From: Selaginella moellendorffii
Lineage: Eukaryota > Plantae > Lycopodiophyta
Assembly (NCBI RefSeq): GCF_000143415.4
Contig: NW_003314292.1
Span: 1,626,592-1,690,591 of the forward strand
DNA: 64,000 nt
Direction: 5' to 3'
The first letter of the stretch is position 1. Each line of letters starts with the position of its first letter. A program made the translations under genes and the position numbers. Below, one piece after another: positions 1-11,375 of the stretch. The notes beneath the pieces were generated by a model. The model did not search any database. It saw only the letters and a program-made list of their open reading frames with translations, and was not told the origin of the DNA.

Positions 1-708
1 GTGGCTCCGACTGTTCCGTCACCCAATCCTGTAGGCTTTTCCCTTTGATCTGAGTTATAATCACGCTGGCACAGTGCGAGGATCGCCCTGCTTACTGTTA
101 ATCAGCTGCTGAGCCACAGGACTTCGACCTGGGATGCCTGTAGACCCAACCCTGAGGAAGTTGACGTACACTACGTGGAAGCCTTTTGTAGATATCTGTA
201 GCAGTAACCTCGACTTCCCCCACCCAGAGCTCTGCAGCACCATCGTAAGCAGCTCCCCATCCGAGTTCCACTGGCGAAACATGCCATCAATAACCTGCGC
301 AACGTAGTCCAACACTTTGAGAGGATCCTGGTAAGGGCGATCCCAGGCCACTGCTAGCGCACGCTTGACTTCCAGTGGATATACGACTGAAGGACGTCTT
401 GTGGTTGGAGAAGCATACTCGACCACGGCTGAGAGAGGCCTCGACGGGTTCTCGGCGTTTGGAATCGCTGTGAGCAGTCTGGCCAACCAGTCCTTATCAG
501 CCTCCACCAATAAGAGAAGCACTTTCGTTGCAAGGTGCTTAAGAGGACTGCCAATAGGGGCGGCGTTAAAAAGCCATTCGACCAGCTTGTCTCGAGACAG
601 TGGCAGTGACGGATCGAACGGGGGCATGCCTTCGGCCAGTTTCTCAAGAGTGTTGCGCAGGAAGTGCTGCGTGAGAGAGGCATGAGACACAAGATAATTT
701 GCGTACAT
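1..708 (-). CDS. P-loop NTPase-like protein, partial (probably continues off the left edge after a short intron)
   Basis: Walker A-like MVLQSSGWGKSRLL followed by a hydrophobic strand and GIPGRS. Plausible GTAAGC donor near 94 and CAG acceptor near 50 lead into an open frame (IKGKSLQDWVTEQSEP) that runs off the window. Confidence 0.55.
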
Positions 709-911
709 ACCACAAACATAGGTGTCGCCTGTGGGCGCAAGCGTTACTCGTTGCCGAGCTCTTCCGCCGAGACAGTGTTGGGGTATAGGCGCTGCACAAG
801 AGGGTGATGGTGTCGCAAGATTCGCACCGTCAAACCACCGCTTCTATATTAATAGTCACAATGTGCATTAAAGTCCATAAAGTTTTTATAAAATCTTTGG
901 AGAGAATATGC

Positions 912-2921
912 CTAATTTTCTTCCAGAGCGATCCTCGCTTTGATCCACGCCTCCACCGCGGCTCCAGTCGAGCAGTAGTACCCCGCCGGCTCGGTGTTCT
1001 CCGTGAAGGGCGCCCCGAGCTTCTTGAGCAGCGTTCCAACGATCGGGTTAAGCCTCTGTCCACTGCGCACTCGTCCCACGCCCGTCTCGATGATGAGATC
1101 CTCCGGGAGCTCGTCCCCTTCCCGGACAGCCGCCTTGAGCGAGCTCACCCAAGCTTCGATCGCGCACTCGGCCGCGGGCATGGAGAGCGTCCGGAGGTTG
1201 AGCCGCCACAGCGATGGGAGATTGGTCTGGAGGCCATCGTAGGCTCCCACCGCAACTCCCATGGCGAAGATCTTGTGAGCTGCGTGCTTCATCCCCACGC
1301 TGGAGCAGATGTCGATGAGGCAGTTGCATAGCGGCTTGCGCGAGTCCGTCTCGGGGTAGTCGCTGATGAACTTCTCCACCATCTCCGCCACCTCGTCCCT
1401 GGATCTCGGCTCTTCCTTGCGGACGATCGCGCTCATGAGCTCGTGGAGAGGAGCGTTAAACTTGTCCAGGCAGTCGAGGATGGCGAGGCGCTCGTCGTCG
1501 CTCTTGGCCATGGCCATGCACGAGAGCAGCATCCCGCTCACTCGCTCGTCCGGCGAGCAGCAGCCACTCTCCATCATCTCGTCAAAGATCTTGCTCGCCT
1601 GCTCGATCTCCCCGGCGAGCTTGCAGGCCCGGATCATCACCGTGAAGAGTGGAGTGTCCGGCTTGCCGTTGAGCGCCACCACCTTGTCGAACATCCTCCT
1701 GGCCGGATCCACCATTCCCTTCGTCGCGTACGTGTTCATGGCCGTCCTGTACGTGAGATGATCCGGGTTACACCCCGCTCGCTTCATCTCCTTCAAGATA
1801 TCCTCCGCTTGCTCGACTCGGCCTCCCTCGACGCAGGCTTTCATGAGCGAGTTGTACACCGCGACGTCGCACTTCCAACCCTCCGTCTTGAGCGTCTCGT
1901 AGACCTCGAATGCTTGGTCGTAAGCTCCGACTCTCGTGTACATCTCCACCAGGATGCTCAGTGTCACCGGCGTCGGGCTCACTCCGGAGGTTCTCATCTC
2001 GTTGAACACCTTCTTGGCCTGGTTCACTTTTCCGGCCTTACTCAGCGTCCCCATGAGCGTGTTCATGATCACGGCGTTGGGGGAGCTTCCACTGTCTCGC
2101 ATCTCCTGGACGAGCTGCATGATGGATTGGTAGTCCCCGGCCCGGGCGTAGACGTTGGCTATAGCGCCGTAAGTCACAGTGTCGAGCTTCCAGTTGACGG
2201 ACTTTAGCTTCTCGTAGAGCTCCACGGCCTCGTTCACTCGTCCCACTCGCCCATACATGTCGATCACCGAGTTGTAAGTCACCTCGTCTGGGACGATCCC
2301 TTCGCTCTTCATCCTCTCGAACCACTTGAGAGCTTCTTCCGGCTGGCGGCAGCGCTTGGCGCAGTTGATCAGAGTGCTGAAAGTGTAGTTGTCCGGCTGG
2401 ATCCCGCGACCCGTCATCTCCTCGACGAGCTTCTCCGAGAGCTCGAGCTGGCGGCCATTGCGTAGGATCTTGAGCATCACGTTGTACGTGTACCTGTTGA
2501 TCTCGTAGAGCTCAGGTCGGGCCTTGAGCCACTCGAAGAAGGCGAGAGCTTTCTCCCAGCGGTTGATGTTGTTGAGAACCGTGACGATGTTCTTGGCCGA
2601 CAGGGATTTGTCCCAGCTCTCCAGCGCCGCCTCTACATTCCCAGTCTTCTGGACGATCTTGAGAACCTCATCAACTCTAGCAAACTGTGGAGTCCATTTC
2701 GTGTACCTGGGAATCGTTTTCGCGCTGGCACTGGACTCTCCAGTTTCCTCGGGAGTGTTGGAACTGGTCCTGTTCTCCTCGCCATTGTCGAGCTCTAGAG
2801 AAGAAGCTGAGGAGGCTGCCTTGGCCAAAAATCTGCCATGACTATGGTGGCTGTGCGTGCTGCTGGTAGAAAACGGGCTTAGAGTAGTCGCTGGCTTACT
2901 CGTTGGAAGTGCCCACAGCAT
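912..2921 (-). CDS. P-class PPR protein with C-terminal SMR domain (SVR7/ATP4/SOT1-like), likely plastid-targeted
   Basis: Intronless 669 aa ORF with a Ser/Thr-rich N-terminus, about 9 canonical 35-aa P motifs (TYNVMLK, TFSTLIN, TYNSVID...) and the SMR signature WRLNLRTLS...IIETGVG...LKKLGAPF. Confidence 0.92.
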   Translation of the reverse strand: MLWALPTSKPATTLSPFSTSSTHSHHSHGRFLAKAASSASSLELDNGEENRTSSNTPEETGESSASAKTIPRYTKWTPQFARVDEVLKIVQKTGNVEAALESWDKSLSAKNIVTVLNNINRWEKALAFFEWLKARPELYEINRYTYNVMLKILRNGRQLELSEKLVEEMTGRGIQPDNYTFSTLINCAKRCRQPEEALKWFERMKSEGIVPDEVTYNSVIDMYGRVGRVNEAVELYEKLKSVNWKLDTVTYGAIANVYARAGDYQSIMQLVQEMRDSGSSPNAVIMNTLMGTLSKAGKVNQAKKVFNEMRTSGVSPTPVTLSILVEMYTRVGAYDQAFEVYETLKTEGWKCDVAVYNSLMKACVEGGRVEQAEDILKEMKRAGCNPDHLTYRTAMNTYATKGMVDPARRMFDKVVALNGKPDTPLFTVMIRACKLAGEIEQASKIFDEMMESGCCSPDERVSGMLLSCMAMAKSDDERLAILDCLDKFNAPLHELMSAIVRKEEPRSRDEVAEMVEKFISDYPETDSRKPLCNCLIDICSSVGMKHAAHKIFAMGVAVGAYDGLQTNLPSLWRLNLRTLSMPAAECAIEAWVSSLKAAVREGDELPEDLIIETGVGRVRSGQRLNPIVGTLLKKLGAPFTENTEPAGYYCSTGAAVEAWIKARIALEEN

Positions 2922-3129
2922 GATTCTGGAGAAATTGCTTGCTATCTATCTATCTACCTGTACGATTAGCCGCGAGAGCGAAAATGCGCGCTAGTTCTAG
3001 CGCTGTAGAAATGGAATGGATTTGCATTTGATCGAGTACCTTTGCGCGAGTGACGATGCTGGAGAACGCAACCCTGTTTCTAGGGCTCTGGCGTAATCCA
3101 AAACCACTCGAGAACAAACAAATGCAAGT

Positions 3130-3955
3130 GTGACACTGACTATTTTGCTCACCTCCTCAAGCAATGTGGGAATTCCAAGGACCCTTCACAGGGAGATCGA
3201 GTCTACAAACAAATCTCCTCGAGTGAATTTGCGAATGACAGATACCTGGGAAATCTCTTCATCGAGATGTATGGCAAGTGCGGGCAATTGGACAAGGCGC
3301 AAGCGGCTTTCGATCGCCTGGATCAGCCCAACTTATCGCGGCATACACTCGCAAAGGGCAGATCTATCGAGCGAGAGATCTCTTTGACGAGATGCCCTCC
3401 AAGGATGTTGTCTCGTGGAATGCCATGATCACAGCATATGCCCAATATGGGGACCTGGAAGAAGCCAAGACACTGTTTGATAGAACAAAGAAGAAGGTTC
3501 TTTTTACCTGGAACACGATGATGGCTGCGCATGCTGGAGTGGGGAAGATTTTGGAGGCGGAGAGATCTTTGATAGGATGGAGCAGCGAGATCTTGTATCC
3601 TAGAACACGATGATTAACGCTTATTCCCAGAACCGGCATCTTCCCGAGGCTAGAAATACTTTTGACGCGATGCTCGCCTACGCACAGAACGATGATCTAG
3701 AAGAAGCCGAGAGGTTGTTCGAAAGAATGCCTCACATCGATGAACGCGATGGTCGAAGCCTGCGCCATGGCCGGGAGGATCGATCAAGCGCGCAAGATGC
3801 TGGAGACGACCCTGGATCATTGGACGATGACCGTGTCCTGGAACGCGCTGCGCGACATATCCCTTACAGGGTTTATGGAATCTTCCAGGGACGCTCCATC
3901 GCCACGACGACCTTGGCACAATCATCGGTTTGGTCTCCATAGATGGATTCTATAA
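3130..3955 (+). pseudogene. Degenerate PLS/SS-type PPR pseudogene
   Basis: PPR motif pieces (ARDLFDEMPSKDVVSWNAMITAYAQYG, MINAYSQNRHLPEARNTFDAM, LEEAERLFERMP) are split across frames by frameshifts and stops. Confidence 0.8.
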
Positions 3956-4168
3956 GTTCTAACTACGCCTGTTTTTATGTAGGCTCTGTCAAAGGTTCTT
4001 CTAATCCGAATGCAAGCGGACGAGATCACTCAGATGTGTGCGCTTGCGAAAATGTGGGATTTTTTTAGTGTGGTATTTCTTGCTTTGGATCCATAAACAA
4101 GTTCAGTGTGATGAGATCAGGGAGAGATGTATGCGTTTTCGTGGTTTCTTTGGTTTTTTCTGGAACTG

Positions 4169-4290
4169 AGAGACGTAGAGTGTTATCAAGCACTTCTCTT
4201 AGGACGGCCCTTGGCACAATCATCGGTTCGTCCGTAGGCACTTCTGGAAATGGGAGATGTAGAGTGTTATCAAGCACTGCTCTTAGGACC
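4169..4290 (+). repeat. Short imperfect direct repeat (~36 bp x2)
   Basis: agacgtagagtgttatcaagcacttctcttaggac and agatgtagagtgttatcaagcactgctcttaggac. The spacer contains ccttggcacaatcatcggtt, which also occurs at ~3911. Confidence 0.7.
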
Positions 4291-4339
4291 AGGCGCTCTT
4301 GAAGTTTTCATTTTGTCTGTTGTCATTTTCAAATGTGTT

Positions 4340-4552
4340 GCAGGGACTCCAGTTCGAGTATTCCTCGTGCCAGAAGCTGAGCGAACCTGAAAACCCCAAA
4401 GTCTGTAGTCATTCGTTTCTTGTGCTTATGTATGTTCGTTTTCTATGGACGCTTCTCGGGTGCTTCTTGCCATCATTCATAATCCGCTCTATCAGATATA
4501 CTCCACCAAGTTGTCAGCCCTCATGGCAATATCGAGAAGATTGTCATCCAGG
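4340..4552 (+). pseudogene. Fragment of a PTB/hnRNP-L RRM2 exon
   Basis: SRVLLAIIHNPLYQI, then after a frameshift LHQVVSPHGNIEKIVI, matches NRILLVTIHHPLYPITVDVLHQVFNPHGHVEKIV of the PTB gene at ~9670-9770. Confidence 0.65.
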
Positions 4553-6730
4553 ACATACACGGCAGCTGCAAAGTTTCCTACCTTAGTGGCACACACAACG
4601 CGGGATCTTGCGAGAGGTAGATTCACACAGGATCGTCTCCTTTCCTTCTGAGCAGCAGCAAGAAGAAAGCAGGATTTATCTGCACGTTCGAAATCAGTGG
4701 GTATGAAATTACTCGGATTCTACAATATGGAATTTATGCCACAGAAGCGCGTGATCTTGCTGCTGCCTTGAGGATCTAAGCAGCTACCTGGCCCCTTTCC
4801 CCATCCTGCTCTACCTTCCATTCGTCTTGGACGTGCGGTAAGCAATGTTTACTGAGTTACTCCACGCTGACTGGCCAGATCCAGCAGTTCAGAAATCGCT
4901 CGTTATAGTAGTAGACTAGTAAGTGCCAAATTAACAAACTTCACAAATTCACGACAATCATTTTTATTATGTCCTTGCTGTAATCTTCTGCCAAAATGGA
5001 AGATTCAACTTTCAAACTGGAAGTTAGCATAGTTTCATGGAATGTGGAATTACATTTGCAATTCCATTTCTATCCAACTGAGGAGCATGGGACTAACCAA
5101 TGAATGGGAGAGAGAACAAAAACCAGGTATTTTGTTTCTTTGGCACATTGTAAGTTGATGCCTTTTCCAGAAATCTTGATAATTATTTTGAAAGCTTTTA
5201 ACACTTCATTTGCAAGCTTAATTCTTAAAAAGTCACCTTTTAGGACATGATGCAGATATGTTTTGTGATATGCAAAAGAAAAACAATGAGTACTGAGTCA
5301 ATGCCTAGCACGTCCAAGGCAAGGCATTTGACCAAAATCCCAGCACTTATATTAGTGATGCTTGGGAAGAACACAGGGAAAATCTGGATAGAAACGTACT
5401 CATTAAACATTATGCTGTGGTACCTTTGCGTTTGCATAAGAATGGATATATTGCTCACAAAAGACCAATGTAGATCACACAGACACACCAGCCAATATTT
5501 TGGAGGTGTGTGGTCATGGGATGATTTGTTCGTGAGTCTGGCCACCAGTTATCTACAGTTATAAGTCTGCCAAACTCTTGGCAGTGGCTGAGAGATGAGG
5601 GAAAACTCAAACAGAATCAGAGTGCAAGCCATCCCATCCTTGCCCAGCTTTCCAACTTTCACCAATCACCGATCTTAGTGAGCGAATGAGCCAGCACTTG
5701 CTCATCGAATAGTGTTGCGGGCAGCTGGATGGAAAATGGGCGAGATGAGCCCAATTCTTGACCACCCCTGGTGACCTCTCGCGCACCCAGTAGGGTCTCA
5801 GGCCTGAATCACGTATCCAATTTCTCTAATGTGGATTGAGGAAAATTTAGGTTAATGTTTGTATAAAATGCCAACTTGTTGAAGGGTTCAAATTCTTTGC
5901 GAACTAGCATAATAAAAATTATACTATTTATAATATGGAAAATCATAAAATTAATGAGCATACAATGCATATGTTTAATATTAGAAATATGCCAGACTAA
6001 AGAGTAGGGATACAAGAAAGTTTTAGGGCACACTATTTCAGTTGTTAAAAGGAGGGAAAGGAAAAATTCTTGATCTTGGATAAACTGAAGTTTTGTATAA
6101 GTTATCATCCTCTCGTATGTTAATGCTTAGGTTAAGGATTATTTACAATACTATGTCATGGCAAATTAATGCAATTGGATTACAATATAAATATATTATA
6201 ATATATTTCATAGCATTATTGGCTATTCTTCATAAGAGTTAAATGAGGTCCCTTAAAAGATAGTTGTCCCAAAAAGGAAAGCAAATAAACTAAAATATTG
6301 GTATCCACAATGCTGGTGAAGTGAACTTCTTGACATCCAGATATAAGTTGAAATTGCTGAAATGGTATCTCAATGGATAAATGTTACCCAAAAACTATAT
6401 TAAGATTAATGGAATTTAATATTTTTACACACAAGTATACTAAATAAGTAATATACAATGTTAGCTAGGAAAATGTTTGTTTGTATGCCTTAAATTTTTA
6501 GTGAATTCTCTCAAGATACCAATAGATTTTATTTGTAATGCAAGAGACTTGATACTTTCTATTATTTTGTATGGAATTATTAAATCCTACATAACATCCA
6601 ATCAAAAGCATTTGATCAAACTATAATAGAATGAAGTTTATATTATACTTCAAGGTTATATATCTTCAATTTAGAAATGAAATATTATAAGATATCTATA
6701 TGGAAAACACAACAATTGAAATAATATACC

Positions 6731-7639
6731 CTATGGCCATTGTTTAATTAAGCTATTTGTTAATGTATTATATAAAGATATCTTACCAATGTCTTCAATT
6801 ATAATTGCACTTTCTGTTGTAATTTTACTATTAGTGTTTGAAGTCCATATTATATTGTGGATATCATCATAAATAAAAAAGTTTTGATTGGTGTCTAAAA
6901 TACAATAGCAATTAAATCCTAAATTTTTTGTTTTAGTTTCCCATATTTTTTTGGTTAAAAAGTAAAATGCTAAATTACAATCTTTTTCCATTTTTAATTT
7001 ATACATTGCATTTGGTGAAACAATAGAGTTTTTTGAGAGAAGATAAGATCCAATATCATTTATATTTCCACTTACCAAGGATGATCTATAAATCCAACAG
7101 TCATTATCATTTGTATTTATCTAATAACATCATAAAATATTTTAGTAGATCATTAAAACATTTATTATTACCTTTTGTATAGTGGTATTATTTATGTTTT
7201 TTAATGAATCGCGATAGTAAAGATGTACTCTATATTCTAATCCTAGAAATTCATGTACTGCTTTAATACGGGCATATAATCCATTTTGGGCTTCCTCCAA
7301 AACAGCTAAAAGAAGTGTTTTAAAAACTATTTTAAATGTCTCACCACTAACTTTTATTTGTGGACCAATAAGACTGCAAGAATTATTAAAATTAAAAGCA
7401 TAGATATGAATTTTAACATTTATTTGAATTACAGATACCCCTATACATTCAATAGGAAAAACTCCAGTTCTTAAAATTGTCCCATTTAGAATTGAATTAA
7501 GGAAACAATTAATTGTTTCTTCTATAGTAAACACATCATTTATTGTAATTCTACCTGGAACTGTTTTCTGTATAAAATTTACTGTTTCCACTATGAAAAA
7601 TAATAAAGAAAAAAATATTACAAAAATAAAGTACGTCAT
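6731..7639 (-). CDS. Secreted protein: signal peptide, unknown ~150 aa domain, and C-terminal bulb-type (GNA/B-type) mannose-binding lectin domain; 2 exons (7639-7172, 7120-6731)
   Basis: Hydrophobic N-terminus MTYFIFVIFFSLLFFIV. A phase-0 51-bp GT-AG intron joins IQK|INTNDNDCWIYRSSLVSGN in frame. Three degenerate QxDxNxVxY-type subdomains (MEKDCNLAFY, LDTNQNFFIY, IEDIGKISLY) with IWETKT and IIWTSNT. Confidence 0.75.
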
Positions 7640-8109
7640 ACTTCTTACCAAGAAAGGAACTAAATTTTAACCTATTTAAAGACATTGCATAAAAAGTTCA
7701 AATAAAACATCTAAAGCTTTAATTTTTTTTTCCTTTATATCTTTATATGATTCCTATGACACAAATGCTTAAAATAGAAGAGATGGAATTTCAGCAATCT
7801 CATATTAGATAGGTAAAATATAACGTTAGCGTTTGCTGGAGTTCCTTGTGTGCCTTAATTTTTGAGTGAATCCTCGAGATATCATTTGCAATGCAAGAGA
7901 TGGAATTATTAAATCAACTATGGAAGTTTATATCATAACAAAAGAATAAAATAAACTTCCAACAAGGTCACATGAAGAGAATGGTATTAATGTCTGTTCT
8001 TGTCGATCCAGCAATTCGAGAAAAACTTATACGTCCGGCACGGCTAGCTTGTCTAGGGGCCCAGGTGTACAAGCAGCTCGGCCAAATCTCTTTCACGGGA
8101 CCACACCCG

Positions 8110-10513
8110 TCAGATGTTGGAGAGCTTGGAGAAGGCCAGTCGCACGGTGGATTTCTTCACCACCGTCGCGTGCTTGCACACCAGCGCTTCCGTCGCCTGT
8201 TCCTCGTTGTCAAAGTGGACCAGCGCTTGCTTCTTGCCGTTTGCCTCGAAGATCTTCACGTTGAGGATGTTGCCGTGCGGGGACAGATGGTTCATCAGGT
8301 CCACCTCGGTGATGTCCGTCGGCAGGCTCGAGACGTGGATCATCTTGGTCGGGGAGCAGCAGTACTTGTAGTTCTTGAGCGCGTTGCGGTTGAAGCGGTT
8401 CAAGTTCGATGACGAGTAGTCGTGAGTGTCTTGCGATGGATTTATCTGCGAGTGCTTAGAGAAGTTCACTTCCATTCGCTTCTCAAAGAGCATCGTTCCC
8501 TGCCAAGCAAACACGTTTGCAGAGTTTTGGAATGGAATAAATAACAATACTACTTACTCTCAAGTAGTACACTGCAAGCTCGGCTTGATAGCCATCGCCC
8601 ATTTGTATGAGTGCGTGGTCGGGCTTGTTGTGCAACATTTTTATCCGAATTATGTTTCCATAGTTGGAGAACAAGTTAAATAGTTTGTCCGCATCGACCT
8701 TCTGCCATATTCCAAGCGTAAGGACTACTATATATTTGCCAGTGAACGTGGTTACCTCGGGAGCTAAGTTTGATACGAGAAGAGTGCATCGCTCGTTCGT
8801 ACCAGTGACGCCGGGAGGAAGTGTGCCACCAGACGCAGCCGCTGCAGCAGCCGCTGACGGTGTCATTGGAACCTGACAAAACAAAGGAAGTAAAATGTCT
8901 GAAGAGAACAAGAAGGAAGAAATTTTTATGTACCTGATAGCCAAGAGGCTGAGCACCAGGAGCCTGCTGGAAGTTGACTGCAAGAGAAAGCAAAATACTT
9001 TAAACACCTGCCAGACACACAAATTTTCTCCCACCTATTTGTCCAGCCGGTCTCGGAGGCATAGCGTAGATGTTACCGTCCAAAAGAGACTGTTGAAGCA
9101 GAACGTTTGCCTAAGTTGACGAAGGCGCTTAATGCTCGGAATCGCCAAACCAAAAATAAAAAACTCACCATCATGTTATTACCCCCAGGCGGGTTCTGAG
9201 ATCGCCCAGGCTCGTTTGGTAGAGAACTATTTGTGTAGTCCCTGCAATATTTATCCGCTAAAGCATCAAACAAGACAAAAAAAGAGGAAAATATCGGAGG
9301 AGGTTGGTACCTTGTCCGTTCGTTATTGAAGTTCACTTGGAGCTCCTGAAGGCTGTTATAATGTGCGACATCAGCTTGATACATGAAAGTAAGTCTTACA
9401 ACGTACTTAGAAAACTGGATGTCCAATGTACAGCAGCCGTCATAGATGTTACGCCCTTGGAGAAGGGACTTTGCGTAAACAGCACTTTGCTGATTGTTGT
9501 ACTGAATAAGCGCTTGCAGGCCTGCGTCAAAAGCACGAATGATAAAAGGCAAAAAGAAAAGTAGCTTCGCAAAATCACAAGCAACAGCAAAGCCTACGAG
9601 ACAGAATAGAAAAGAGAAATAAAAAGTTAAGAGTAGACGAGAGGAGCTAACCAGCTGACTTCTGGAACGTGACGATCTTCTCGACATGGCCATGAGGGTT
9701 AAAAACTTGATGCAGCACATCCACGGTGATGGGATAGAGCGGGTGGTGAATAGTAACTAAGAGAATTCGGTTGGGTTGTTGATCCTGAAGAAGACCCACA
9801 CCGCGTTCCAGCAAGATACAAGAGAAGACAGGAAGAGAAAAAGAAGTGAGGGAGCCAGTACTGAAGTAGAAAGCTAAAGAAAATCCAAAGCAAAAAGAAA
9901 GAAAGAAAAATTCTTGAGAACTGGTGCTTCCATCTAGAGATAAAGGCACTCAGTCCATCCTAGGAGACAAACCTGATCACCAGCCGGACGCCGAGGTTGC
10001 GTTGCTTGATCAGAAGTTGTGAGCTCCTGATGTGACGAAAACTGGATGTAAACGTTTCTACCCCTGTGGCAAGCAAGCACGGAAAAACGTCAGCTTTCAC
10101 GGCCAAAACAGAAAGAAACAGCGATAGCGAGAGAGAGAGAGAGAGATAGAAAGGAAGAGAAAAAAAACCATCGAACCTCACACTCGGCTGTACCGACGTG
10201 TAGTATTGCATCGCGCTGATGGCTGCATTCACATCTTGCATTTGCAAAAGAGCCTGCACAGAACAGTGATCTTAAACTGGCTGAAAGAACGAAAAGAAAA
10301 AAGAAAGAGCAACCATTACCTGGTTCTTCGTTCTCAGCAAGACCATCTTGCTCACTGACCCAAATGGCTGGACCAGTCCGAGCAAGTCACTCTGCAAAGG
10401 AAAGAAGAAAAAAAATTTCTCTCATTGCTCAAACAACTATAAACTCTCCTCTTTACCTCCGTTATTTCTTGCCCAACATTCCGGACGTGGAGAACCTTGG
10501 ACGGCTCCGTCAT
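8110..10513 (-). CDS. PTB3: Polypyrimidine tract-binding protein 3 / hnRNP L-like (4 RRMs), multi-exon
   Basis: Exons MTEPSKVLHVRNVGQEITE, NRILLVTIHHPLYPITVDVLHQVF, GRNIYDGCCTLDIQFS, GTNERCTLLVSNL, KNYKYCCSPTKMIHVSSLP, all with short GT-AG introns. Confidence 0.93.
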
Positions 10514-10847
10514 ATTCTCCAGTATGGCCGCAATATCGACACTACAATCAAAGAGAGGATTAGAATGGGGGACGACATTGCAGCCTAATCGCCGCCACAG
10601 CGCACACAATGGGGAAGAGCGCGAGGGGGAGCGCGGCGAATCCCGGCGCGGACATACCGGGTTGAGAGAAGAGGCAGCGATTGACGAGCGCGCTCGATCC
10701 GGCAGGGCGATCCTTTCCAAAACCTGCAAAACCCTACTTGTACGGACGAGATCCGGCCCACATCATTATTTTGTGACCGTTTCTTATGGGGCTTAGGGTT
10801 TTAGGGATTTTGGATTTTAGGGTTTCTAGTTTCCCTCTCGCGCGGCA
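10514..10847. promoter_or_regulatory. Compact bidirectional promoter with telo-boxes (TAGGGTTT at 10794 and 10818)
   Basis: Only ~335 bp separate the two divergent start codons; two telo-box motifs are present. Confidence 0.55.
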
Positions 10848-11375
10848 ATGTGGTGGGAAATTTCGCTGCGCCGCGATGTGATCGTCCATCCCCGGCATAT
10901 GGATCCTTCCGGCGGCCATCGGCGCTGGATCATCCAGACGCTGCTAGAGGATATGGAGGATCTCCAATGCAGCCGCGAGCACGGCTACTATGTCGCGCCC
11001 ACGACGCTGTCCAAGGTGAGCGGGGGCATGATCAGGGAGTCCGGCGGCGTCTCCTACAAAGTGGATTTTAAGTGCATGGTCTTCAAGTTGATCAAGAACG
11101 AGATCGTGGAGCTGGAGATCGAGAATGTGAAGCAGAGTGGCGCCGAGGCCTCTTGCGGCCCTTACACTGCGATCTTTCTCCACCACAGCCTCATGACTGG
11201 GTTTGTCTACTCCAACGAGAACGGCCCGTGTTTCAAGAACAGCGATGGTGTGGTGATCTCCAAAGGTTGTGCTGTTCGAGCGAAGATCCTGGGAGGGCAG
11301 TTCATGGGCGATGGGTTCCGCTGCCTTGCGACGATAAACGACGCTCATCTCGGCGTGATCAATCCGGAAGGATAA
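10848..11375 (+). CDS. NRPE7: RNA polymerase subunit 7 paralog, Pol IV/V type (NRPD7/NRPE7-like), intronless CDS
   Basis: RPB7-fold motifs (VIVHPRHMD, REHGYYVAPTTLSKVSGGMIRE, FKLIKNEIVE, SCGPYTAIFL, ATINDAHLG). GYYVAxTTL and the lack of introns fit the NRPD7/E7 clade better than NRPB7. Confidence 0.8.
   Translation: MWWEISLRRDVIVHPRHMDPSGGHRRWIIQTLLEDMEDLQCSREHGYYVAPTTLSKVSGGMIRESGGVSYKVDFKCMVFKLIKNEIVELEIENVKQSGAEASCGPYTAIFLHHSLMTGFVYSNENGPCFKNSDGVVISKGCAVRAKILGGQFMGDGFRCLATINDAHLGVINPEG

Noticed and set aside
804-2869. Plus-strand ORFs overlapping the PPR-SMR gene (also those opposite SDR, NTPase and PPR genes)
   Set aside because: Antisense or alternate-frame shadows of GC-rich coding sequence with no recognisable motifs.
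4169-4290. Mini CRISPR (repeat-spacer-repeat)
   Set aside because: Only two imperfect repeats, eukaryotic context and no cas genes; better explained as a local duplication scar.
4560-5800. Possible gene remnants
   Set aside because: Some exon-like stretches, but no consistent frame or identifiable homology.
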